From Azolla caroliniana (Eukaryota > Plantae > Polypodiophyta), in the NCBI GenBank assembly GCA_043228905.1, contig JBHGNT010000018.1:496001-560000 (forward strand): 64,000 bases of DNA, written 5' to 3'. The notes beneath the pieces are model-generated. The model did no database searches. It was not told where the DNA came from and worked only from the letters and a program-made list of their open reading frames with translations. Position 1 is the first letter of the stretch. Each line of letters begins with the position of its first letter. Of this stretch, positions 38,531 through 50,552 are shown in pieces. A program made the position numbers and the translations under genes.

Positions 38531-39448
38531 TAGAGATCCTACCAACCCTACAAACCCACCGACTCCTTGTTCATTATTATCCCCTCCCATGGGAGATCTA
38601 TCATCAATATTATTATCCCCACTACCGTCCTGCTTAGCATAACTATTATCGTCACTAGACCCACCTTCGACCATTTGCTTAACAATTTGTGTTCCTAGAG
38701 ATCCTACCACCCCACAAACCCACCTACGCCTTGTTCATTATTATCCCCTCCCATGGGAGATCTATCGTCACTATTATTATCCCCACTACCGTCCTGTTTA
38801 GCATAACTATTATCGTCACTCGACCCACCTTCAACCATTTGATTAACAATTTGTGTTCCTAGAGATCCTACCGACCTCACAAACCCACCTACTCCTTGTT
38901 CACTATTATCCCCTCCCATGGGAGATCTATCGTCACTATTATTATCCCCACTACTGTCTTGCTTAGCATAACTATTATTGTCACTCGACTCATCTTCGGC
39001 TATTTGCTTAACAATTTGTGTTGCTAGAGATCCTACCCACCCCATAAACTCACCTCCTCCTTGTTCATTATTATCCCCTTCCATGAGGGATCTCACGAAT
39101 TTCTCCATTGTCGAGCTCGAATCCTTCCCAAAAATGTCAAACAAAGTTGTCCTTATGTTGCCTACTTGTACATCATCTTTCCCCAACTTTTGTTTTAAAA
39201 ATTCTAACAAAATGTTCAATGGGAAAGACTTGTTCTTTATCTCCACATCATCTCCGCCATAGCTCCCGTCCAAATCGGTGTTTTTCGTAAATGCACTCCC
39301 ATCCCGATCATTTCCATATCCTTCCCTTGAAAATTGGTAGCTATCTCCTATTTGTTCTCAATGAGGCCACCGCAATGGCCAGAATCTGAGACTATGGTGA
39401 GTTTGACATTAGGAGGAAGCTTATTCACCAAGGAACAGAACTCGTTAT
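38531..39448 (-). pseudogene. Dead-lineage metacaspase copy MC-D: exon 2 only, frameshifted, with about 3.5 copies of a 165-bp (55-aa) repeat
   Basis: Same SDSGHCG substitution and intron insertion as MC-B; ~10-nt deletion after IEN; repeat anchor tagagatcct at 38531, 38696, 38860, 39025; 3' end fused to Copia RT, exon 1 lost at a junction near 39955. Confidence 0.88.
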
Positions 39449-39964
39449 CTACACATCATAAGAAATGGATAAGTACACATTAATAGATCCACAAGAAGTA
39501 TATAATATTCGATGCTAAGAAAAAACACACTTTTTGTAGTTGTTATCACTATAGGCCCTAATGATTAACCCCTAACAAATATTACTTGTGTTCAAAGTAA
39601 TATTAGTCTCTCCATGGATTCTACATAGTGTTCTTATATTAACACCATAATCATGAAACTAATGCAAACGAATGTGTAAGTTATGAAAGCATACTTAATG
39701 TTTATTTTGATTTTTACGTTTTTCACCGTAACTTTTATACTTTAAAATAAAGTTTTACCTTATAATAGATAATGAATACAAAAAGTATGGTATTTACCCT
39801 ACTTTGAGGGTGTTCACCATACTCGAATGCGAATGCATGTATGGTACGTATGGTTCATACCATTAGCTGTAACATACTCAAATGCATTTGCAAACATTCT
39901 TTTCCATACGTATATGTTTGCAAACTAATGTGTATGTTATGAAAATATACATGTTAAATCTAGT

Positions 39965-40181
39965 TGTTCAAACATGTTCGTCTGACACCAGCACCCAAGA
40001 TGAATGGGAAAGGCGTCTCAGGTGCTAATACAAATCAATTTTCTCTTGGCGACATGAGCGATGAAGAGTGGATGTGTTTTTTGAGCTGTTTCAGTAGTGT
40101 TTTGGAAGAAGCTCTGTAATCTAGGAGTAATCAGAATGTGAATTTCAGTAGGCAGAGACTTGGGACCTCTTTTCAGTTTGA
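39965..40181 (+). pseudogene. Duplicated 3' fragment of PI4K-gamma with premature stop, followed by 3' UTR/intergenic copy to about 40890
   Basis: tctgacaccagcacccaagatgaatggg..cagagacttgggacctcttttcagtttg; in-frame TAA at about 40097; shares the TSFQF change and 1-bp deletion with the 22773 fragment. Confidence 0.9.
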
Positions 40182-40897
40182 TTTTGTGCCACATCTTCTC
40201 ATTTAAGTGTTTCTAGTGAGTATCCAAGATAATGCTTCTGCGGATGTAGTTTGGGCTTGATTATATTTGTGTAGAAATTGAGCTTATATATACCTCTTGT
40301 AAAACTGTAAATTCTTTATTGATCGAATTATATATAAGATATTTTGAGTTTTCTGTAAATGGTGAACCTTTGGTAATGGTCAGTTTGAGGATTTCTCCAT
40401 AGACGTGATTATATAAAGTCTATCTTCACCGTATGTTCTTAATCTTGCAACTTTTAGGCATGGATTTTGGACGTATGCAACCAACCTACAATCTAGAGTT
40501 GATAAAGAGCACAACTTGATATACAAGGACAACACCAATTAACAATACAATCCCTTACTAATGATATGGGTAGCGTATTAACAATATGGTGACACATAAA
40601 GCACTAGCAACAAAGGCTTGCTACTTTTAGGCTTGGGTTTGTATGCATGGATTTTGTTATTTTTGAGATATCTATTCAAACGACCTTCAATCTAGAGTCG
40701 ATAAGAAGCACAAGTTGCTATACAAGGACAACACCACGAATTAAGATACAATCCCTTACCAATGATATTGGTAGCTTATTTAATGAAATGGTAACACATA
40801 AAGCACTAGCAATAATATGGAAACTAGTGCACACCACTCATGTTATTTGAGGTTCAAACAAGGAGGGAGAGAGAGAGAGAGAGTTCACACTAGAAAA

Positions 40898-42340
40898 CTA
40901 GCAAATGAAGGTAGCATCAGCATTTGCATCGCTACAATAGAGACCGGGTTGTTGAGTGAAGCCTTGTGATGCGAGGAGCTCACGAACTTGTGTAACAAGT
41001 TGACGGTTGGTGATTGGTTCATCCGGAGGGGCTGACCCAATGATAATTTGGATAGCATTACTAAGAGCACCATAAGAATCACCACTATCACCATTGTTGA
41101 TATCAATTGATGTTTGGCTAGTTTGGCACCCACTCACAAGGATACCCATATCACTGCCCCGTACGATCTCACTATCCTCCTGGCTAATATAACTATAATC
41201 CTCACTCGGCTCGTCTTCAAATCTCTCGTTATCGAATTCTGTTGTTGGAGATCCGACCAACCCCATAAACCCATCACCTCCTTGTTCATTACTATCCCCT
41301 CCCATGAGAGATCTCACGAATTTCTTCACTCTGGAGCTCGAATCCTCCCCAAAAATGTCAAACAAAGTTGACCTTATGTTGCCTACTCGTACATCATCTT
41401 TCCTCGACTTTTTTCTTAACATATCCAACAAAATGTCCAATGACAAGGACTTATTCTTTATCTCGACATCATCTCTGCCATAGCTCCCGTCATCCTCGGT
41501 GGTGTTTTCTATATATGCACTCTCATTCTCATCATTTCCATATCCTTCCCCCGAAGATTGGTAGCTTTCTCCTATTTGCTCCTTTGTGTTCTCAATGAGG
41601 CCTCCACTATGGCAAGAATCCGAGACTATGGTGAGTTTGACATCAGGAGGAAGCTTATCCACCAAGGAACGGAACTCGTCATCTGTACACATTAATAGTA
41701 CACATTAATAGATTCACAGGAAGTTTAAAATATTTGATGCTATGAAAAAACCCACTTTATGTAGTTGTTATCCTAATGATTAAACCCCTTAACAAATACT
41801 ACTTGTGTTTAGAGTAATATCAGTCTCTCCATGGATTCTACGTAGTTATTAACACAAATGCTATCTTATTCTCGTAGATTATGGCCAAGCATAGATAATA
41901 ATCCACAAGGGAGAATGGATGTTGATTCATGTCTACTTGGAACTCAATATCAATAGTTTCTCGTTATGAATGCAATCATATTGGCACATACCAATGATAT
42001 AATTGTGATCTGTCGGTGCAATGCATTCGTCATAGCCCGTCTCGTCATTCTCGTCGTTTTCCGCAGGTAGACGGGTACCATGGCCACTGTAGTGGAAGAA
42101 GAGGATGTCGCCGGCTATCGACTGGGAAATGAGGTCGTGGAGGGCTTGACGGATATTGGCACCCGTCGGTTGAGGGTAGTTGTCGTCGGTGTCGATGAGC
42201 ACCTTTATGTCGTCCTCCGAGAATCCGAACCTGTCTACTAGGAGCTTGTGCATGTTCCACACATCGTTGACACATCCGTGAAGCTCGGATTCCGTGCTTG
42301 GGTAGTTACAGCCCACTAAGACAGCCTTCTTAATAGCCAT
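40898..42340 (-). CDS. Type II metacaspase copy MC-E, intact, 2 exons: join(42340..41992, 41682..40898), 377 aa
   Basis: [57 protein letters not shown]; GT-AG intron; 349+785=1134 nt, no stops. Confidence 0.93.
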
Positions 42341-43635
42341 TATGTCTGTATAATTATGTCTCTCGCACTCTCGCACTCTCTCTCTCTCGCACTCTCACTC
42401 TCTCTTTGTGGTTGTCAAGGTTAGGTCTTAAGTTGTCTCACCATCTTTCCACTGGTTAGATTTTATAACGTGTAGTGTCTTTGTAATAGATCAATGTCAA
42501 ACCTTGCGAAGTCCTCTCATGGACAAGCGGGTTGATGTGGGGCCAGCCAATATGGATGCCCCGTGTTGACATTCTCATTTTTGAGCCATACGGAAAAGGT
42601 GGAAACCTTGTGATTCAATAATACAATGGAGTCCTGTCTCATACTTTGAATCGATAAACTCTTCAGCATATAGTTAAATATAACTAAGAATGGAACCATA
42701 GGAACGAAAGAGTTGATTTCACAAGTCTTATATTATTATATGAAGTTGGTTTTTTTTACACATCTGTCTTCGCATATTCCTAAATTAATTACATTATGTT
42801 GTCATCAATGATCCAACTCATATGTATTATTCTTATAGTTCCAAGCTTCAAAGCTTTCGCGCCACATTACCCCTTCAAATTTGGCATTGTTTTCTGTGCC
42901 AATGCCCACAAATGTTAATAAGGATACTCCTTTAAGAGAGAATTGTTCCTTTCAATTCTTGTTTTTGATATTATTCGTTGGAGAATATCTTCTTTTCACA
43001 TCCAATTGATGATAGTGGCAAAGTTTCATTATCCATGGGAAAACTTGTTCCTCCCATTCATTAGAAATACAACAATCTCCCCAAGACATGTGCATGCATG
43101 GCTGTATCGTGAACCAACTTCTCTTCTCTAAAATAAAAGATTGTCTTTCTCTTGACTTTATTCTTTGTTTAAGCAATGCATATGAATCGTTCCCAAAATA
43201 ATTTATAGCACCTATAGCACTCTTGTGCATGCATATAACTTTTCCAACTATTTATCATAGTATTTTGGGCATTTCTAGCTTCAAATATGTCAAAATCATT
43301 CTTCAAACAACTGCATTATACAACAATGAGTTTTCTTACATGAGTTTAACGTTAATAGATCATATGAGTGGTTGCTATGTGAGATATTTCTTGTATATGA
43401 TCTTCATCACATACATACATTAGACCTGATGGATGTGTATAAAGATGTCGTGTACAACCACCAAATAAAGGATGACGGATGGATCCATCCAAATGCTGGA
43501 AGCAATGATTAAAGCTCAAAAAGCTTGAGATATGCAAGTTAAAGTATAGCCTCAACTATGTGGTAGAAAATTCAAAACTATCTCATTTAGTTTTGCACTA
43601 AAAAAATTTAAGCTATTGGTGTGTAATCTAGAATC

Positions 43636-44142
43636 TAACAATTGACAATGGTTTGGTTCGAGACTATGAAAACCAAACCGTTAAATTTTTTTGAAACTTG
43701 AACCGAATCGAACCATGAAACCATTAAACCGAACCATTAAAAAAATTCCCAAATGATAAACCATTAAATTGTTAAGATTGCGGTTTCGTGGTTCAGTTTT
43801 GGTTTGCATCTTTCAAATTTTAAATTTAAAAATTGAAAATATTTCATCATTTTAAATTTTAAAATTTTAAAATTGTAAAGATTTTCCTAAAATGTGAGAA
43901 CAAATCTTAAAAATAGAAAGATTCTTTCATTTTTTTTAAAAACTTTCTAAAAATAAATTTTAATTTTAAAAATAAAAATCCGTTAAACCATTTAAACCAC
44001 AGTTTCTATTTGTTGAAACTGAATCGAACCGAAATTGAACCATTTTAAAAAAACTTGAACTTAAACCCAACAGAGCCGTTTAGACTGTTAAGATATGGTT
44101 TCACGGTTCTATTTAATTCAACCGCACCGTTGCCAACTGTTA
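43636..44142. mobile_element. hAT-related MITE, paralogous copy of 27106-27614
   Basis: TAACAATTGACAATGG..CCGTTGCCAACTGTTA at the same position in the duplicated upstream region. Confidence 0.8.
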
Positions 44143-44469
44143 GTAGAATCTAGATATCAAATCTGGAGTACAACAAAGATATTAGCAAATTGCTAGGCAC
44201 ACAATCTAGTGAATCCAATCACTCGCTATAATGGATGTATTGTCCCATGTTGATATAAAATGTTGTAATGAAGATAACCACACAATAGATTGCCTTAAAA
44301 TTGAGACTTCAATATAAGTGGTGTATACCTTTTGTGCAAACTAAATAAGCATAAGGAGTTTGGTTTGTAGATATAGGGGCTAGTATACTCCATCAAATGT
44401 AGTATGTAATTGATGGAGTCAAAGCCCCTTATGTTATGCCATTTTATTAGTCGGATTTGATCTAGTCAA

Positions 44470-44736
44470 TTTAAGATTTTATATTTTTTAATATTTTAAA
44501 ATTTCAAATTTCAAAATATAAAAGTTTTTCCTAAAATGTTAGAATGAGACTTAAAAATGAAAATGTTGTTGAAAAAGTATTTTAAAAATAATCGAGTGGC
44601 AACCCTAAACCGTTTAAACTGAACTAAATCCGAACTATTAAGAAAACTTGAACTTGAATCAAACCGAACCATTTAAACTGTTACGCCGTGGTTTCAAAGT
44701 TCGGTTCGACTCAAACTGAATTGTTGCCGATTGCTA
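44470..44736. mobile_element. Right half of the MITE seen at 20787-21316
   Basis: Matches about 21030-21316 and ends GTTGCCGATTGCTA followed by aaggcaat. Confidence 0.7.
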
Positions 44737-47220
44737 AAGGCAATTGGGCACAATGGTAGAAGGTATAACAATTGAGCACAAAAGGCCACATAAAAAAGAA
44801 GTAATCTGGATGTGCCAATGGATGTCCATGGGGTAGTGGCTAAGGGCCTCGATAAATACATTGCAACCTAACTAGTGTGGGGAAGTTTAGGTTAGGACTT
44901 CCCAAATGTTTGTTCTAATTAGCTTCACCTAACTATGCTAGAACCAAGATCTATAGTGCAAGGACGACATTTGTTCTTTTGTTTTCGAGATGAGGAGTAT
45001 GTTTCAATCCTTTCGTAACTCTATTAGTGAATATCAATAAATGAGCGAGAAAACTCTAAACTTAATACATTATCATGCACTGAATAGGTGAAGACTTAAA
45101 CAAATATGCTTAATCACTTGAAATATAGATGTTTGGACAAATCTTTATTATAGTATTTTGGAAATTTGCGAGCATCAACTATATCAAAATCAGTCTTCGA
45201 ACAATTTCATAATGTAGCCAAACATCAATGGATCATATGTGTAGATGCTATGGGATATATTTCTTGTATATGATCTTCCTCACCTTTATACATTGGATCC
45301 CATTGTGCCTTTAATATCCACAAAACTCATACATATGTTTGCATTATGTACCTTTCTCATGAAATTTTTAGAATGAAATGCATCTATAACAAATGTATCA
45401 TCAAGGAATGCCAAATGGAAAGCTTCAATGTTTGATTTGAGAGGTTTTCCAATATTAGAAATATCTGGATGCAACTCTTAAATTTTACTATTCAACATGT
45501 TAATCTCTGCAAGCATATTGTAAAAGAACAGAACGAAAGTTGTACCCACTAGTAATGATGTCTCGTGATTTAACAGTACAATGGACAATGGAGTCCCTTC
45601 TCGTGGTTTGAATCGTTAAAACTCTTGAGAATATAAATATACATAGGTAAGAGTGGCCCAATCATTAAATAAAGATAATGTAATCTTCCTTGGAACTATA
45701 AGAATTGAATTCAGAAACCATATATTATTATAGAGTGATGATTTTTTTTACATGCCTTGGCATATTCCTTTAAAAATAATTACATTATGTTGTCATTAAC
45801 AATCGGCAACGGTTCGGTTCGAACCGAACCGAACCGAGAAACCGCGGTTTTACCGGTTTGGATTTTCACAAATGGTTCGGTTTCGGTTCGGGGGGACACA
45901 AGTTCAGTTCAGTTCAGTTTGAGTCCTCATCAGCTTAACGGTTTCGGTTTAAACGGTTTTAAATGGTTTAACGGTTTGATGAGATACTTTTATAAATTTT
46001 CTCTCTCCAACACATTTTTTGAAGGTTAATTATGTCAATTTAGGAAAAAGTGATTAAATTTAACCTAGCTTTTCAAAAACCTAGTTTGTATACCTATTTT
46101 TAATTTTACTTTTATTTCTTATTCAAACAGTAGCTACAAACGAGTCTCAATTCTAATTTTGCTTCTCCTTCATCTCCCTCTCCTTCTTCTACAGATTGCA
46201 GCGGTTCTTCTCCCTCTCCTTCATCATCTTCTCCTTCTTCTTCTATAGTGGTCAGGCTAGTTTGTGAGCACTCAAACTAATCAGGTATTTTTCCTCAACA
46301 TAGTTCATGTGGAATGCATCATATAAGGCACATAAATACTTCTTTGAGCCAGAGAATTGGGATGAGCCACATAATACGATTCTGAAGGTCTAAAGGGTAT
46401 TTCTACAATCTTTGGTGGTCCATTGTAATCGTGGATTTGTGTGTTAAGACAACATCGATTAAAATATAAAAGCCTTGTATTCATCTTACAGTCATTGGTT
46501 GCCAAAACCTATAAAAAGCATTGTATATTCCCTTCTTTATAGACAACATGACATACTGCAATTTAGAGTGGTCTTGCTTTCAACTTTTATGTTTAACATT
46601 GTGGTCCACTTCTTGTGTTTTTGGCATGATTGCACATCCAATCATAACATAACCTATAGAGGTCTTCTTTACAAATGTTGGTTTAGCTTGGAGTTGCCTC
46701 TTCAATTATTTGTTAGTGAGAAATAGTTATTTTATGACTTCTGTACTACGTGTCAGATGTTCTCACCATGCCAAGCGTTCAGCAATTGGCATGTCCTATT
46801 TCTTGTACATCAAGAAGACATACTGGTGGGATAGGTAGATAAAAGGTGTCAATGGTGATTTGGCATGAATAGCCACTATTTTAAACCAACGCTATCATGT
46901 CATTATCACATCTTTTTTTATGATTCGTTGAATCTATGTGATAAATTATTTAAACCTTTTTTTATGATTCGTTGAAGGCGCTTAGGAATAAGCCGCAAAT
47001 GCTCAGGAGTATCATAATCCACGTCTTTTGATTCCTTATATGCATTGGATTTTGTACTATTTTCAATCAAGATCTATGTTCTCTTATAAATATTCCATGT
47101 TAACATCTATCTCCTTCAATATCTTCAATAATCTATGGCCTTGATTTTATAGGTATCATCTTATTATACAACTAATTATGACTTCATTGTCCGATACAGT
47201 TTTCTAATTCCTCATAGAAC

Positions 47221-49442
47221 ATGGAGTCAAGTGTGGATGCCCCTTCAATGAACACTCTATCATCCCCAAACACAATGTCCTCGGCTTCTACAAGTCAAAC
47301 ATCTCAAGGAAGATCAAAGAGACAACGAACTTCATGGACAGACCGACACACGATAAATATCATAGATAATGGTGTGCCCCGCCGTCGATGCTCACATTGC
47401 TCTAGTACTTGGTCAACTAATACATCCACGGGTACACTAACAAAATATTTATTAGAAAAACATCACATTAATAGCACATCTGAGCCACATAGTTCCTCAA
47501 GTATGAGTCCAATGTCTATGATCCAAAATCCCTTAGATACATCCAAGCTTCTAATAACTCGCACATTAGAGAAGAAAATTGATAGCGCTGTCACAAAATA
47601 TATAATCACAGAAATGTTGCCTTATGTCCATGTTGAGTCCTTAGGTTTTAAACAATTCATGCATGATGTCTTACCAGGGTATAGGCTTAAGTCAGCACGT
47701 ACTTTAAAACAATCAATAGGGCAAATGTATGTTGTCATTCGTCAAATAGTTATAGGTTTTTTGTCTACACTCGATTCCCGTTTTGCAATTACATTTGATG
47801 GGTGGTCTGATAATAGTTTGAAAGGATTTTATCCAATGACATTACATTGGGTATGTAGAGAATCTGCCAAGCCAATGTCTATGCTCATTGATTTCTTCCA
47901 TGTATTTCCTGGTGATGGCGTAGGTAAGTGTTGTGGTCAAGCTTTATTTATGCATTTAAAATCCTTCGGTATTTCTTCTCAAATCTTATCCGTAATATCT
48001 GATGGTGCTAGTGATGCTATTGTGACATCAAATGAGTTCGGTAGATTGCTACATGATATGCATGGGGATGATATTTTGCCTTCATCAAATATGTTGAGAT
48101 GTATGGTTCATGTATTTCAACTTGGTATTAAGGCTGCATTAGAGGTCATCTCACCTTCCACTATGAAGTTGAGAAATATTTTGGTATCCATACGTTCTAG
48201 TAAAGTTCGTAGAGCTATATTTAGAAAATATTCTAAATCAATGTATGAGCATGGAGAGCGGGAGCCACCTTGTCTTGATATCATTACGAGATGGAATTCC
48301 ACCTTAGAAATGTACCAAGAAGCCTTGAAACTTAGAGATGTTTTAAGTTGCACTATAGCCGACTCTATTATTGCTGTGGATTTTGTTGATAGTATGCTCA
48401 CTATAGATGATTGGAACCACATACAAGCAATGGAACAATGGCTTCTTCTACCTGCTAGAATTTGTACCTATTTAAGTGGGTCAAATTACCCCACCCTCTC
48501 ACTAGCTTCTCTTGCCTTCAATGGCATGTTATCACATTGTAACAAGTATTTGGGAGTGGATGTGGAATCAATAGAATCTAACACAAGTAAGGTAACTATT
48601 GAAGTGCAAGAAAAAGCTAGTGACAAATGTTTACAATATTTGATAAGATATCAAGAATCGTTGAAGTTCATACCTTCTCGAATTGCGACCTTTCTTGATC
48701 CACGGTATGTTGCTCTATTAATAGCTTTTTTCATACATAGTAAATTGATTGGTATATTTTTTTCATACATATTTCGTAATGTGTTTCATCTTCATATATG
48801 TTTTAAGAGTTCCAATATCTAATAATGCAATTGAGAGGAATTTGGATATTGATTTGGTTCACAAAGTCTTGGAAAAAAATTATGTAGTTTATGTTCCGGC
48901 TTCTAATGATGAAACACATGAAAGAGATGTTACAAAACGTGAAGATCTTTGGGAAATCTTAGGTGTCAATAAGCCTTCTCAAGAATCAGTGACATCTTCA
49001 CAATTAGAAATGGAACAGTTTATGAGATTTCCTCTAGCAGTAGCACAAACAGATGCTTCACATTTCTCAATTATAAATTTAACATTTTTCATCAAATTTG
49101 TGCAAAATCAGTTTCAAAATGTTTGTTTACATCTAAACCAGGTTTGCTTTACCTCGAATGTACAAGATGGCGTGTGATTATTTAGCAATACCAGCATCAT
49201 CAGTGCCTTCAGAGGAGGCTAATTCTGAAGCAAAAGATAACTTTCATGATAGAATTCATCTACACTCATGCACTTTCAAGGCTGAAATGTGCATTAGGTC
49301 ATGGTTGGATGTCCTTAATGAGGCAAATGTTTCATTACCTGAAGACTTTAGTGAAGCGTATAATAAGTTGGATATAGATGTGGAAGATATTGCTATGGAG
49401 GATGATGTAGTGGACTATATGTTGAGTCAAATTAGAAGTTAG
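47221..49442 (+). CDS. hAT transposase (BED finger, DDE core, C-terminal dimerization domain), spliced, possibly frameshifted near 49050-49150
   Basis: RRCSHC..TGTLTKYLLEKH (BED, one His replaced by Tyr), TFDGWS, VISDGAS, RCMVH, TRWNST, TFLDPR|GTATGT intron (~48706-48808), KMACDYLAIPASSVPSEEANS. Confidence 0.85.
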
Positions 49443-49637
49443 AACACGTGCTTAATTGCCCATATATTTCTTTTTAATTTCAAACATTATACTTTCATAT
49501 TGTTCATGGACATATTTAAAATTTAAAATTTAAGTGTTTGGCATTTGAACTTAAATTTGTTCATTTTTCATGATTTGGTGGTTTTAACTTGGATCCAACA
49601 TTGTTATATTGATGTCATTTTAAAATTATTTCGTATG

Positions 49638-50552
49638 CTGGAGAGGCTTAATCAATCTAGTGAAAAAATGAAAGAAAGCAAGAGGGCTATTCTAGAAACT
49701 GAGGAGCTTGGTGTTTCCATATTGCAAGATCTCCATCAACCGAGACAAACACTCCTTCATGCACAAGATAAGGTACGATGATATATAGTTTTTCTACTTT
49801 GCTACTCTCTAAATGGAGATATTTTCTCTGGTTGATTTGTTCATGATTACATTTCAAGGTTTTTAGTATTAGAGAAGCTAGATTACTTTAAAATTAAGAA
49901 TTTGTTCTCTTAATATTTTGATTCTTTCTGATGTATCTATGCTAATTTTTTGAGGATGTTGCTTTTGATATTGTAGCTTGGTGTCAGGTGATGTGGATGA
50001 CAACATTGGCAAGAGTAAGAAGATTTTAATATCCATAACACGAAGATTTACAGGTCATCTGGCCTGTGAATGTTTTATTTTGTCTGATGACCTGTAAATG
50101 TGTCATTTTTTATGATGAACTACGAAAATGCTTGTCTGGTCTCTTAAAGTATTCTATGGACTTATGTGTGTTGTCTTTGTTTGCCTTACATATTCTCTTG
50201 GTTGCAACTTGCTATTATAGTACACAACTGCAGTTGACATGCGGAGCATTGGATGCATATTCGCTTAACTATTGACAGGAGAACCACTATTTCCTGGTAG
50301 AAATGTTGCACATCAGTTAGACCTCATTACGAACTTGTTGGGAACACCGTCTCAAGAAGTTGTTGCTAAGGTTCCGAACAATCCCTAGTTTTGTAAATTT
50401 CATTAGACACGAAGAATAAGTCACAACAAATGGATTATGGGTGGACTTATTGGTGCTCTTGTTGCAATTTTCATCAAATGAATTATGGGTGCACTTATTG
50501 GTGCTCTTGTTGTTGCAATTTTCATCGTTGCATATGAGAAACTTTCCTCATA
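49638..50552 (+). pseudogene. VTI1: Captured VTI1-type Qb-SNARE 3' exons with intervening intron, inside the hAT
   Basis: LERLNQSSEKMKESKRAILETEELGVSILQDLHQPRQTLLHAQDK|GT (to 49772); AG|..DVDDNIGKSKKILISITRR (49977-50046); TRRISHNKWIMGGLIGALVAIFI transmembrane segment (from 50407), partly duplicated. Confidence 0.88.
50221..50370 (+). pseudogene. Captured exon of a group-D (TDY-type) MAP kinase, inside the hAT
   Basis: tatag|[49 protein letters not shown]|gt; resembles kinase subdomains IX-X of plant group-D MAPKs ([34 protein letters not shown]). Confidence 0.85.

Noticed and set aside
46300-47040. Possible further captured coding fragment on the - strand inside the hAT
   Set aside because: Translations contain several stops and no motif I recognise; needs BLASTX.
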